From the IMG/VR virus record IMGVR_UViG_3300045017_000165, positions 1-64,000 of that record: a DNA stretch of 64,000 nt; one strand, 5' to 3'. A program made the position numbers and the translations under genes. The stretch's first letter is position 1. Each line of letters starts with the position of its first letter. Positions 46,814 through 56,517 of this stretch are shown here, piece by piece. The notes beneath the pieces were generated by a model. The model worked only from the letters and a program-made list of their open reading frames with translations, was not told where the DNA came from and did no database searches. Source of the stretch: a virus.

Positions 46814-47896
46814 ATGGCTAGAGAACTTAGTATTTACGAAGGTACGCTCGATGGCAGAAATGGACTTACCTGCCTGGGAAGAATCACAAACGTAGACGCT
46901 GACGCTCGTAGATGTCGCGTTAAGACTATCGGTCTTAAGGGTGCTACTGACGACTTAGATTTGTACAACGTTCAGTGGGTGTCTCTCACCGCACACGACC
47001 AAGGCGATGAGTGCACGTTTATCCCAAGAGCAGGGCAGTACGGAGTTGTGCTGTTCATAAACTCTGAGCCGTACATTACGGGCTTCTTTTCTACTCTACC
47101 CGCCGAACCCGGCGTAGTTAACTCCAATAAAGTGAAGCTAAAACCCGGTGACTGGATCGTCAAAACTATCGGTGAGAACAGAATAATCGTTAGAGGCGGT
47201 GGTTCTATTGAAGTCGAATCTAGTAAGATGTGCCACACTTACTGGCTTCCAGCTAGAAACCTAATCAGCAGCGTATGCAAGGAATATGAATTAGAGTGCG
47301 ACGGAGGGTTCTTCTTCTGGACTCGAGATAAAAAGACAGACGCAACCAAACTCGAATTCTTCGCTTACAACTCACTTAAACCTACCAATGCTTGCTCTGT
47401 TCAAATGGGTACCGGAGTAGGCGGAGAACTGCTTCGCGTTATCGCCGGCTCATGTGACGGAAAACCAGATATTCAAAACTCAGTGTTCAAACTACTGGTG
47501 CAGCCCACGGGAGACACCACTTTAGACGTCGGCAATGGTAAAGCGACGCTTTCGATTAAAGGCGCGACAGGTGATACGTCTCTGGTCACAAAAGGTAAAC
47601 TAACCATCACTACCACTGGGGATGCAGCGCTAACCTCCGCAGGAGCTTTGAAGCAAGTCGGAAAGACTGCTAGCGTTGAGGGTACCACCTCAGCGCAACT
47701 AAAGAGCAACAAGGTAGCCATTGGTAATAGCGGAACGGAGCTTCTAGATCAGATCGTGACAGCACTTAAAGCCATCGGGATGCTCACTCCACCAACCGCT
47801 GTAGGACCTACCGCCCCATTTCAATCCGCACCTCAGTGGTCACAAGTTCAGGCTGCTATAGGTAAGATCGAAAGCATCAAGGGTTCCATCTCATGA
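46814..47896 (+). CDS. baseplate central spike (gpV/gp5-like) protein
   Basis: N-terminal OB-like GRITNVD...CRVKT...IPRAGQYGVV, then LKPGD and a C-terminal beta-repeat region. Confidence 0.6.
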   Translation: MARELSIYEGTLDGRNGLTCLGRITNVDADARRCRVKTIGLKGATDDLDLYNVQWVSLTAHDQGDECTFIPRAGQYGVVLFINSEPYITGFFSTLPAEPGVVNSNKVKLKPGDWIVKTIGENRIIVRGGGSIEVESSKMCHTYWLPARNLISSVCKEYELECDGGFFFWTRDKKTDATKLEFFAYNSLKPTNACSVQMGTGVGGELLRVIAGSCDGKPDIQNSVFKLLVQPTGDTTLDVGNGKATLSIKGATGDTSLVTKGKLTITTTGDAALTSAGALKQVGKTASVEGTTSAQLKSNKVAIGNSGTELLDQIVTALKAIGMLTPPTAVGPTAPFQSAPQWSQVQAAIGKIESIKGSIS

Positions 47897-48462
47897 GTCT
47901 TGATCCTCTATCCGACTGGAAGGCAGCTATTGACGCACTACCTGCAGCAAATTCCACCCCAGCTGGAACTCTCAACCTAGCTAATGCAATCTCGGAACTG
48001 GAAGATAAAGTGCAAGCCGGTTCAAAGGGTAGTCCTGGTATTCTAACTACAAACTCCTCCCTCTTCGCTGCAGGACTGGCGGCTATGGCGCCAACATCTG
48101 GTACTGGTTGGGTAGATACGATCGTAAGCGCATGGCAAGCCGCGCTTACCGCTAGCTCCATCACCCCTAGTACTGTTAATGATCCTACCACATGGGTAGC
48201 CTCATCAACCGATACTTTAACCCTAGCAGTCGTACCAGCTACTATCACTACTCTGAGCAGTGCCGTCAGCGAGCTGAGGTCCGAACTAATGGAATTGGCT
48301 GCGTCTTTTCAAGGGGGTGGAGATCCAGCCATACAGCAGAACGCCACCGAAAAATTTGCGGGAGCCTTCCGTAAAGCAGTGTTAAAATTCAAGTTTAATT
48401 GCATTGGTCTGGTGGTAGCTACTCCGCCGACTCCACTACTAGTAGCCATTGACGCGAAATAA
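47893..48462 (+). CDS. baseplate-associated hypothetical protein
   Basis: 189 aa, coupled to the spike gene. Confidence 0.45.
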   Translation: MSLDPLSDWKAAIDALPAANSTPAGTLNLANAISELEDKVQAGSKGSPGILTTNSSLFAAGLAAMAPTSGTGWVDTIVSAWQAALTASSITPSTVNDPTTWVASSTDTLTLAVVPATITTLSSAVSELRSELMELAASFQGGGDPAIQQNATEKFAGAFRKAVLKFKFNCIGLVVATPPTPLLVAIDAK

Positions 48463-48531
48463 ACGTCTATTTATTCAAATACAATAGTAGGATATTATTG
48501 GGTAGACATCACACGATGAGGAGACAACCAA

Positions 48532-50589
48532 ATGCCAGGTCTTGAGAACCTTTTTGCCGCCGAACCCAAACTTCCTTCAGTTCAAACGCTTAAGATGCCA
48601 GAGAATCCTCAAGAATGGGCAGAAGCCATAACGGTCGCTGCCAGAGAACGCTATCCTGATTTAGCTCATCTACCACTTGTCATTGAATTCCGTAAAAAAG
48701 ACGAGCAAGCCGGCACCGCGGTAGGGGCTATTCACGTTACAAGCGACGACGATAAAAAAACAATCTTTCTCCCGATCGTCATTAAAAAGTTTGAACTATC
48801 ACCTCTCGACGTATGGATGGAAAAAGACACCCAAGCCATTCACCCCATTAAGCCGGATACTTTTAAAAAGGCGTTCTTTAATCCGTCTTCAGCTAAAGGA
48901 CTCGATGTCCGCCCTACAGATGTAGCCGGTCAGTACTTCAACGACCCCTCCACTTGGAGTTCCAACTATCCACCACTCCAAGGTCGATACAGCTACGCTT
49001 CTGCTGGTTATCCAATTCTTGATAGCATTAGCGACACCATCCGAGAAAAAGAGCTGAAAGAGTTTCGTGAAACCCTGCAAAAAAATGCCTTCGTTCTAGC
49101 TAAATTTAAACGCGGTCCTCACTACGAAGTAATTCAAAAGCTAGCGGCTAAAATTCCTACTAAGGATCCCGACTACGTAGCTTCTGCCACTAAGCTTATT
49201 CCGGTGGGAGCGGCTAGCATTAAACGTGAGGGTAAAGATAAGTATTCGGTCCTTTCCATGGCAGACCAAATGTTTGATCTCGCTGCTAGTGAATATCTGG
49301 ACGAGTATAACTGCCGTAACTGGCTTTCAAAAATTACTGCCTTTTGTAAAGACTCTATCCACGACCTTCCACAACAAGGAGAAAAACTCCTTGTAACGAA
49401 ACCGGCTCCGAAAGGAACCGTTTATCTATTTGATCAGACAAAATACTCCCCGGTCAGCGCTGACGAGTTCGCAGCATACGTAGTAAAGACTAAAACCGGT
49501 GTTCAGTCACACGGCGTAGTTTTCCCAAACGTGGTTGAGTTCAACGGTGATAAGGCTCCTGTAAAACTTTTCGTCAGTCAGTCACACTGCAGTTTCCAGA
49601 CAAACATCGCCGGAGAAAAGAAACCAGATAGCGAAATGATGGCTAAAGTTCTTAAGCCATCCGCCGCTAGAGTGGGGCAGACCGGAACATTCGTATTTAT
49701 TGACGATGGTCAGGCAATCGCCACCGTCCCTGTCACAATCAAGGCGATCGAAGAATACGGTCAAGCCCGTATTACCGCAATCAAACTGGATGGCACAAAA
49801 ATCAAAATTAGCCGCGGCTATTCCGACGATCCTCCAAAGATGACAGAAGCGTTGCCGTGTACTAAACCTGCTAAGACTAAAGATAAATTCCTAGATGTTC
49901 ACTCTATGATCGAGGATCGTCCTAAAGAATATACTATTCCAAGATCAATGATCTGGATTCCTATGGAAGGTTTCCAGGAAGTTTCTAGCTCTCCAAAAGA
50001 ATGGATGCAGAAAGAGGCTGCTAAGGTATCTCACGATCCGTTTAACATTCGCTATACAGGCATTGTTTATGAAGCCTATGGTAGTGATATCGAAAAACGC
50101 GCTTTCAGCGAAAGAGAGCTGAAAGTAACCCTAGCCAACAAAGGCGCAGACGCAGAGATGATCGACTCTGTTATCAAAGTTGCGAGGGCTAAAGGTAAAT
50201 GTTGTGTTCACGGTCTTCGACAGCTTAAGAAAAAAGCTGACATTATTAAAGTTGCAACAGATGCCTCCGCACGCTTAGAGAAAGCCTGCGCAGAGCTGAA
50301 GAGAGACTTAGTCAAGTTCGCGGCGGAAGTCGGCGACTCATCAATGACAGTTGATGCCATGTTGTCACTTAACTTTGTAAACCCCGAGAACTTGGCTAAG
50401 TTCGTTTCCTACAAGCCTGTGTTTGAGAAAGTCGCTGACTACCTGGCGGAGCTCTTGATGGCGGCAAGACTGGGTATTAAAGACATGTCCGAGAGTGCGC
50501 TAGTAACTGCGATCGCTCGTATTCAAGAAGTAATCGATGGTCTAGCTAAAGTTCAAACAAGCCTTAGCGGATCAGGAGAAAAGGTTTAA
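48532..50589 (+). CDS. large virion (head-associated) protein
   Basis: 685 aa with an AGGAG RBS. Contains K-x-A motifs (KLAA, KEAA, KVAT, KFAA). Confidence 0.45.
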   Translation: MPGLENLFAAEPKLPSVQTLKMPENPQEWAEAITVAARERYPDLAHLPLVIEFRKKDEQAGTAVGAIHVTSDDDKKTIFLPIVIKKFELSPLDVWMEKDTQAIHPIKPDTFKKAFFNPSSAKGLDVRPTDVAGQYFNDPSTWSSNYPPLQGRYSYASAGYPILDSISDTIREKELKEFRETLQKNAFVLAKFKRGPHYEVIQKLAAKIPTKDPDYVASATKLIPVGAASIKREGKDKYSVLSMADQMFDLAASEYLDEYNCRNWLSKITAFCKDSIHDLPQQGEKLLVTKPAPKGTVYLFDQTKYSPVSADEFAAYVVKTKTGVQSHGVVFPNVVEFNGDKAPVKLFVSQSHCSFQTNIAGEKKPDSEMMAKVLKPSAARVGQTGTFVFIDDGQAIATVPVTIKAIEEYGQARITAIKLDGTKIKISRGYSDDPPKMTEALPCTKPAKTKDKFLDVHSMIEDRPKEYTIPRSMIWIPMEGFQEVSSSPKEWMQKEAAKVSHDPFNIRYTGIVYEAYGSDIEKRAFSERELKVTLANKGADAEMIDSVIKVARAKGKCCVHGLRQLKKKADIIKVATDASARLEKACAELKRDLVKFAAEVGDSSMTVDAMLSLNFVNPENLAKFVSYKPVFEKVADYLAELLMAARLGIKDMSESALVTAIARIQEVIDGLAKVQTSLSGSGEKV

Positions 50590-50592
50590 TTA

Positions 50593-50820
50593 ATGTTTAC
50601 GCTAGGACTAGAGAAAACTTCAAAAGTGCTTTCAGCTAAAGGTAGAAAGCATATTAAAGAAGAAAACTTTGCGCTTCCAGGAAGACGATATCCAATTCAC
50701 GATGCGGCTCACGCTCGCAATGCTCTAGCTCGAGTCGCTCAGCACGGTACTCCTGAGGAGCAAGCGATCGTAAAAAGAAAAGTGGAAGCAAAGTTCCCTA
50801 GTATTGGCGACAAAAGCTGA
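50593..50820 (+). CDS. small basic protein (FALP.RRYPIHD..HARNALAR family) with FxxGLEKTS N-terminus
   Basis: Motif recognised from small phage head-associated proteins. Confidence 0.6.
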   Translation: MFTLGLEKTSKVLSAKGRKHIKEENFALPGRRYPIHDAAHARNALARVAQHGTPEEQAIVKRKVEAKFPSIGDKS

Positions 50821-50841
50821 TAGTGGAGTCAAGAGAATTCG

Positions 50842-51810
50842 TTGACTTCCCGTTACTCCTGGCTCAATACTTTAGGTATGGGTGTACCTTTCCACCGATA
50901 TCTGACGTGGCTATGCTTTAAAGAGCTAGAAGATGAACAGATCCGCTCTTTTTTTGAAAATTTTACCATCCCATGCCCATCCAAATCAATGATTGAAGAG
51001 TACCGCACAAAGGCTGAGGGAATTCTTGTATCCTCTGCTACTAGGCGGCGTGTTAAAGCACTAAAGTACGATGCTTCTGACGCACTGATACTAGAGAAGT
51101 TTGGGCTTGGTGAGACGTATAAAAGGGATGTGGGCGGCATAGCTGGCGAACCTAAGCTTAAGGCAGCTTGGGATGAGGTGTTCAGTGTTCTTGAAAACCC
51201 CCTAACTAGAGTAGCGATGGACTGTGCTTTTTTATGCAGATACTCTCCTGAGGATCTGTCGCAGATACTACCTGAGATGCTAGGAACGAGCTGCACGTCT
51301 GCTGGAGTGGCACTCTACCGGAAGTACTTCTTCGATTACTCTTCGATGAGTAGAAGCGACTGGAAGGACTTTCTAGCCCTCACTGAGGACGTGCCCTACG
51401 TACACGTTAGGTATTACACGGCGCTTACAAAGCCTAAGGAAGAGACTCTGTTCCTGGTGGGGATACCAACTAAGCCCGACTTCTCACGGTTCTTAAAGAA
51501 CGTGCTAGCTACCGCGGATTTTAAATTTAAGTACTACTCCAGGCTATCATCTCCGGATAGTGACGCTCAGGCTAAGACTTGGGCTAAGGTTGGGTTTGAG
51601 GCTGGGGTTAGATATGAGAAGGTGTCGACTGGCGACGTGACTGACTTCTCGTCGGCGGTGCAGACTGAGTTCGATATGCTTGACCCCACGTTCCAGACGA
51701 TCGATAACGACCTTCTTAGCCAAGTGAAGACGCAAGCATCGGTGGAAGAAAAGCCTACGTCCGCCCCTGCGTTACCTGCCGAACAGACCTATAATATGAA
51801 CGACGTTTGA
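50842..51810 (+). CDS. hypothetical protein upstream of terminase (possible small terminase/packaging partner)
   Basis: 322 aa. Position only. Confidence 0.4.
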   Translation: MTSRYSWLNTLGMGVPFHRYLTWLCFKELEDEQIRSFFENFTIPCPSKSMIEEYRTKAEGILVSSATRRRVKALKYDASDALILEKFGLGETYKRDVGGIAGEPKLKAAWDEVFSVLENPLTRVAMDCAFLCRYSPEDLSQILPEMLGTSCTSAGVALYRKYFFDYSSMSRSDWKDFLALTEDVPYVHVRYYTALTKPKEETLFLVGIPTKPDFSRFLKNVLATADFKFKYYSRLSSPDSDAQAKTWAKVGFEAGVRYEKVSTGDVTDFSSAVQTEFDMLDPTFQTIDNDLLSQVKTQASVEEKPTSAPALPAEQTYNMNDV

Positions 51811-51837
51811 GCAAACCGCTCGGGTATTGTTCTTTCA

Positions 51838-52270
51838 GTTTTATGCAAGAGCGACCCCGTTTTATGCAAGCTATTCCAAGAATTGACGCGGTGCTCAGGT
51901 CATTCGTAGAAAAAGCCACTGTCAATTCTTTGACAAAGTTTTGAGATTTTGTCAAAACTTTGACTAACGCACTGTTTCGTATTTGTGCATGCATGCGAAA
52001 TGACGCGCCCTCTCTGGAACGAGCAGGTGCGTTAGTGTAGCGTAATTTCAAGTGAATTTTATGACGCGGTGTTTCGTATTACTATTCCATTCCTATAAGT
52101 AAGGTCTTATAGGGATAAAAAATTTTAATGGGGCGCGCTCCCGCGTTTTTCTTTTCCCTACAACCCTTGTGATATTTGGTCTTGAATAGCTTGAATAGAA
52201 ATACGAATCGGTGCGTCACAAATTGCTCCGTGCGTCTAACGCGTCAATACCTGATCGACCAGTCAGGTAT
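51838..52270. other. repeat- and palindrome-rich intergenic region; candidate replication origin or packaging site
   Basis: Direct and inverted copies of TRACGC-N4-5-TTCGTATT, palindromes at 51935-51961, 52092-52113 and 52247-52270, and GTTTTATGCAAG twice. Confidence 0.45.
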
Positions 52271-52317
52271 TTCAATACTCAGTTGCAATACCCGTTGACT
52301 GCGGTGATAACTAAAGT

Positions 52318-55260
52318 ATGGGAGACTCAGAGTTAGATTTCTTGCGCAGCGGCAGTACTGACGAGATAGAAGCCAACAGAGCAGCTTCCAGCGATGAGAG
52401 ACTCAAATCTCTAGCCTCTCCGGAACGCGTCGCCAAAGTCATGTCTGCGCTTAAATCTGATGGCTCCACCAAGACCCTGATCAAGGCTAAGAAGTCAGAC
52501 TGGATACGAGCCCTGATCCACCTCGACGGCACTAACTTCGACTTCTCTGGACGCGACTACCTAAAACAGATCTACGATACGAAGCATCCGCATAAACTTC
52601 TTGTCACGGGGCGTCAAGTTGAAAAATGTCAACCGATTTGGTCAACTATTCACAGAAGCGATGGGGGTGAATGTCGCATAGATGAACTTCGCTTAGGGGA
52701 CTCTATCTGCGCCATGAACCAAGGGGGCATACAGACGCAGGACTTAGTGTTAGCCTCGGAATCTAACGGTGTTAAAAAGTGTCTTCGCATAAAAACTCGC
52801 CTAGGCTCTACGATTGAAGCCACGTTGAACCACCCCTTTAGAAAACTACTCACATGGGAGCAAGCCTCTAAGCTAATAGTTGGTGATAAAATCGCGGCAC
52901 TTCGCAGTGTAGGGTTTTTTGGAGATAAGCAAAACGATCTGGCGATGGTAGTGGGGCTTCTGTTTGGAGATGGAAGCTTCAGTAATAGACTCATTTCGCT
53001 GGCGTGTGGAAGAGCTCCTATCCAAGAACTATTTGAAAAAGAGTATATTAGGCTAGAGGGTATAGCGCCTAAGTTTAGTTTGTCGAAAGGCTCAAAAACA
53101 CAACGAACCTATCGAGTCAGTGTCTCTACTAAAATAGCAGCGTGGTTCTACGAGCACGATCTGATAGGTATGGTTGCAAGCATCAAAAAATTACCCGCCG
53201 AAGTTTTCTCTTACAATAAAGAGTCAACTCGAAATTTGATCCGAGGACTTTGGGCAACCGATGGGCATTGTAAGAACGTAACCTCTTCTAAGATTGATTT
53301 AGTTTACTGCTCCACTAGCGAAACACTTGTTAGACAAGTGAGACTACTACTAAGAAAGTTTGGAGTTCTTACAACACTTCGTACGTATAAGCCCCAGCGA
53401 GGACAAAAAGCATTCCTTATTAGAGTAGTCACAAGAAAATCCATAGAAGCTTTTCATCGTGACATTGGACCTATTCCAGGAAAACCATTTAATATTCCCG
53501 GGTGTGAGAGCAATAGCAATTTAGATACTGTCCCTAGAGAAGTACTCAACGTATTGAAGAAAGCAAAACGTGCTGCCGGTTATGGTGGAAGATGGGGCAG
53601 CGACAACAAATGCTTTGAGCGAGATTCAGGGTTCCGGTTTAAGTCAAATTATTGCCCAACATTTGAGAAGTTAGCTGCTGCGCAGTCTTTACTCAACAAC
53701 TCTACCATACAGAAAATCTTAGACTCGGATATTATTTGGGATGAGATTGTATCAATAGAGGATTTAGGAGACCAACCAACGTGGTCTATTCAAACCCAAA
53801 CAGAAACCTACATCTCTGATTTCATAGTCCAGCACAACTCTACAATGCTAGCTAACGAGATCATCATCAACTCGGTAGTGATACCTTATTTCAAAACTCT
53901 ATATGTATCGCCGTCGCATGATCAGACAAGACAGTTCAGCAACGGAAAGTTAAAGCCGTGGATCGAAGATAGTCCTCTTATTCAAAAGTACTTCCAGAAC
54001 TCTGCCGTATCAAAGCAGGTCTTTGAGAAGAGCATGTCAAACGGATCGATTGCGTTTCTCAGGTCAGCTTTTCTAAGTGCTGACCGAACACGCGGAATAT
54101 CTAGTGATATACTATGCTTAGACGAGATTCAGGACATTTTAACGTCAAATATTCCGGTCATTACCGAGACCTTATCGCATAGTAAGTATGGGTATAAGAT
54201 TTTCGCCGGCACTCCAAAGACTCTTGAGAATCCTATCCAGCAGTACTTTGAGATGTCTAGCATGTGCGAGTGGTTGATACCTTGTTTCGCACACTCGCCG
54301 CCGCACTGGAACTACATTGATGAGAAGAGTATCGGTAAGGACGGACCAATATGCAATAAATGCGGCAAGCCCATTAATCCTGCTGAAGGTAAGTGGATAG
54401 CATTCAATGATAGTCGAGATATTCTGGGGTTTAGGATTTCACAGATCATGGTGCCATGGATCTATCAGAATCCTCTGAAGTGGAAGGAGTTCTTGTGGAA
54501 GTACGAGAACCTTTCGAGAGGTATTTTTTATAACGAGTGCTTGGGTATTTCTTTTGACTCCGCAAGCAAGCCTATTACGCGCACTGAATTAGTTGAGTGC
54601 TGCTCGTCAAAACATCCACTACGCTATCATCCAGACTCCTTCACGCATAAGATAGATCTATTTGCCGGTGTGGATTACGGCGAGGGCTCGGACGGAACAG
54701 AACGGGGTATGAAAGGAAGGATGAAGAACGCTTCGTACACAGTTCTTACGATAGGAGTCTATCTCGACCCAACACATTTTCATTACTTATTTATGAAACG
54801 GTATACTGGAGAGGAAGCTCTCCCAGCTAACTGTATCGGTGACATTATAAATATTGCACGAGCGTTTAGGGTTAAGTGCGTTGGTGCTGACTGGGGTCAT
54901 GGATGGGGAGTTAATGAGCAACTGGAAACTGCTCTCGGAAAGTCGCGCGTAATTAAGTTTCAATACGTAGGTAATCAGCGCGAGCGTAAAAAGTTTGATG
55001 AGATAGGACTTAAATACCAACTAGGTAGAACAGAAGTGATGACAGACTTTTTTACAGCAATAAAAAACCACCACATAATTTTTCCGGCATGGGAGTCAGT
55101 TAAAGATTATCTGTGTGATATCGAACATGTTTACGCCGAGTACGGAGATGGGGGAAGGTCGCTTAAGTATGACCACAAACCATCGGAGCCTGATGACGCG
55201 CTTCACTCAATGATTTATTGTAAGGAAGCCGCGGACAACTATTTCGGTAAGCACAAATAG
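52318..55260 (+). CDS. terL: terminase large subunit, intein-containing
   Basis: Walker A GRQVEK|ST (split by the intein), RGISSDILCLDEIQD Walker B, GTPK coupling motif, nuclease GVDYG...PDDALHS. Confidence 0.88.
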   Translation: MGDSELDFLRSGSTDEIEANRAASSDERLKSLASPERVAKVMSALKSDGSTKTLIKAKKSDWIRALIHLDGTNFDFSGRDYLKQIYDTKHPHKLLVTGRQVEKCQPIWSTIHRSDGGECRIDELRLGDSICAMNQGGIQTQDLVLASESNGVKKCLRIKTRLGSTIEATLNHPFRKLLTWEQASKLIVGDKIAALRSVGFFGDKQNDLAMVVGLLFGDGSFSNRLISLACGRAPIQELFEKEYIRLEGIAPKFSLSKGSKTQRTYRVSVSTKIAAWFYEHDLIGMVASIKKLPAEVFSYNKESTRNLIRGLWATDGHCKNVTSSKIDLVYCSTSETLVRQVRLLLRKFGVLTTLRTYKPQRGQKAFLIRVVTRKSIEAFHRDIGPIPGKPFNIPGCESNSNLDTVPREVLNVLKKAKRAAGYGGRWGSDNKCFERDSGFRFKSNYCPTFEKLAAAQSLLNNSTIQKILDSDIIWDEIVSIEDLGDQPTWSIQTQTETYISDFIVQHNSTMLANEIIINSVVIPYFKTLYVSPSHDQTRQFSNGKLKPWIEDSPLIQKYFQNSAVSKQVFEKSMSNGSIAFLRSAFLSADRTRGISSDILCLDEIQDILTSNIPVITETLSHSKYGYKIFAGTPKTLENPIQQYFEMSSMCEWLIPCFAHSPPHWNYIDEKSIGKDGPICNKCGKPINPAEGKWIAFNDSRDILGFRISQIMVPWIYQNPLKWKEFLWKYENLSRGIFYNECLGISFDSASKPITRTELVECCSSKHPLRYHPDSFTHKIDLFAGVDYGEGSDGTERGMKGRMKNASYTVLTIGVYLDPTHFHYLFMKRYTGEEALPANCIGDIINIARAFRVKCVGADWGHGWGVNEQLETALGKSRVIKFQYVGNQRERKKFDEIGLKYQLGRTEVMTDFFTAIKNHHIIFPAWESVKDYLCDIEHVYAEYGDGGRSLKYDHKPSEPDDALHSMIYCKEAADNYFGKHK
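52627..53838 (+). mobile_element. canonical intein with LAGLIDADG endonuclease in the terminase Walker A motif
   Basis: 404 aa. Starts with C (CQPIWS), block B TLNHP, motifs VVGLLFGDG and LIRGLWATDG, ends QHN|S. Confidence 0.9.
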
Positions 55261-55280
55261 ATAAAAAAACTAACAGTGTT

Positions 55281-55320
55281 GTATTAGCCGACCCCAACGC
55301 GAATCGGGGTCGGCTAATAC
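55281..55320. terminator. bidirectional terminator hairpin
   Basis: GTATTAGCCGACCCC/GGGGTCGGCTAATAC 15-bp perfect stem between convergent genes. Confidence 0.75.
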
Positions 55321-55332
55321 TTTATTTACGCG

Positions 55333-55956
55333 CTAGCTTTTCTTATCATTGAAAGCTCCCAGTCTCCAGCGAGCCAACGGTACAAATACCTCGCCCGGAT
55401 CTGGTAAGCGGTGTGAGTAGCATTGCGCACGCATTTCGTCGTAGTCAGAGTGCATAAGATTATCTGAACACCAACCCACTTTTAATAGCTCGGCGTTCAA
55501 TCCAGCGCTTGGATAATTGTTATCTGCTGACACACTAAAGAGTAACACTGGCAATATACTCCAGCTATTTGCGAGACAGATCTTTAAGATTTCTCTTAAG
55601 ATATGATCGCTTTCATAGCGTGAGCTAGAGCGTATAGCATTATCAAATTCACCATAAGATATAAGCTCCCCTCTAGCAGCTGTGAGTAAAAGAACATTAA
55701 GACCAGCTGCTATTCTGAAGCCTCTGAGTTCTCTTGCTCTTTCAATACCAACTTGGGTTGCTTTCTTATTGTCGTAGCCTGCTTTTTCTTCGCAGTCTGC
55801 GAGTGCTTTCTTATATGCATCGAACGATTTAATAGTAAGCATATAGCTTCCTTCATTTGATCCCTTATTTTTAAAACTGCGCCACATCGCGGGATCTTTT
55901 CCAGTGGCACACCTTTGGATATTTGGACCGATATAGCGCTCGGTTCCCACACGCAT
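55333..55956 (-). CDS. hypothetical protein
   Basis: 207 aa ORF in a - strand operon. Confidence 0.5.
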   Translation of the reverse strand: MRVGTERYIGPNIQRCATGKDPAMWRSFKNKGSNEGSYMLTIKSFDAYKKALADCEEKAGYDNKKATQVGIERARELRGFRIAAGLNVLLLTAARGELISYGEFDNAIRSSSRYESDHILREILKICLANSWSILPVLLFSVSADNNYPSAGLNAELLKVGWCSDNLMHSDYDEMRAQCYSHRLPDPGEVFVPLARWRLGAFNDKKS

Positions 55957-55962
55957 TTGTTA

Positions 55963-56397
55963 TTACTCACTATCGGAAGACTCAGAGAGTTTAAGCTTCA
56001 TAAGTTCTTCGTCTAGTGTAGGAGCAGCTTCAAACCCTTCGATATTACCGCGCTTGTCGCAGCACTTACCTTTTGGTTTAGGTTCGTTTGGCGACAGCCC
56101 AACATATATACGAAGTGTTCGATACTTTTCCTCTGTATTGGCTTTATCTATGTTCAGATTTTTCAGTGCCTGTTCGAGCTCAGCTTTTTCAGCAATAAGA
56201 CGTTTTTCTCTCGCTTGAACTTCTTCAACGTCTATGTGAACAACGGCACCGCTTTTAGTGATAGCCATGCCAGGTTTAATGTGTTCTTCCTGCATAGCAT
56301 TTTCCATTGTGCGCATCTCTTTATACACTGGCTGAGATGCACACGCGCTTAGGATAACAAGAGACACTGACGCAACCATTAGTGTTATGTTTTTCAT
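55963..56397 (-). CDS. lipoprotein with coiled coil
   Basis: AGGAGG RBS, signal peptide and lipobox LSAC. Confidence 0.7.
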   Translation of the reverse strand: MKNITLMVASVSLVILSACASQPVYKEMRTMENAMQEEHIKPGMAITKSGAVVHIDVEEVQAREKRLIAEKAELEQALKNLNIDKANTEEKYRTLRIYVGLSPNEPKPKGKCCDKRGNIEGFEAAPTLDEELMKLKLSESSDSE

Positions 56398-56466
56398 AAC
56401 ATCCTCCTATTTGTTTCAGTTACTTGTTTAATTAACTCGACCTGACTGTGTTTAAATCTTTAATTA

Positions 56467-56512
56467 AGACGTACCAACGAGCTGATGAACAGCAGTACTC
56501 GTGGGTACGTCT
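56467..56512 (-). terminator. hairpin closing the 3' end of pentamer array 1
   Basis: AGACGTACC-A-ACGAG / CTCGT-G-GGTACGTCT (14 of 15 paired), 5 nt from the end of the array. Confidence 0.6.
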
Positions 56513-56517
56513 CATTT

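Noticed and set aside
56482-56500. CTGATGA hammerhead-like core in the hairpin loop
   Set aside because: It is on the strand opposite to the array transcript and lacks the GAAA and stem arrangement of a hammerhead.
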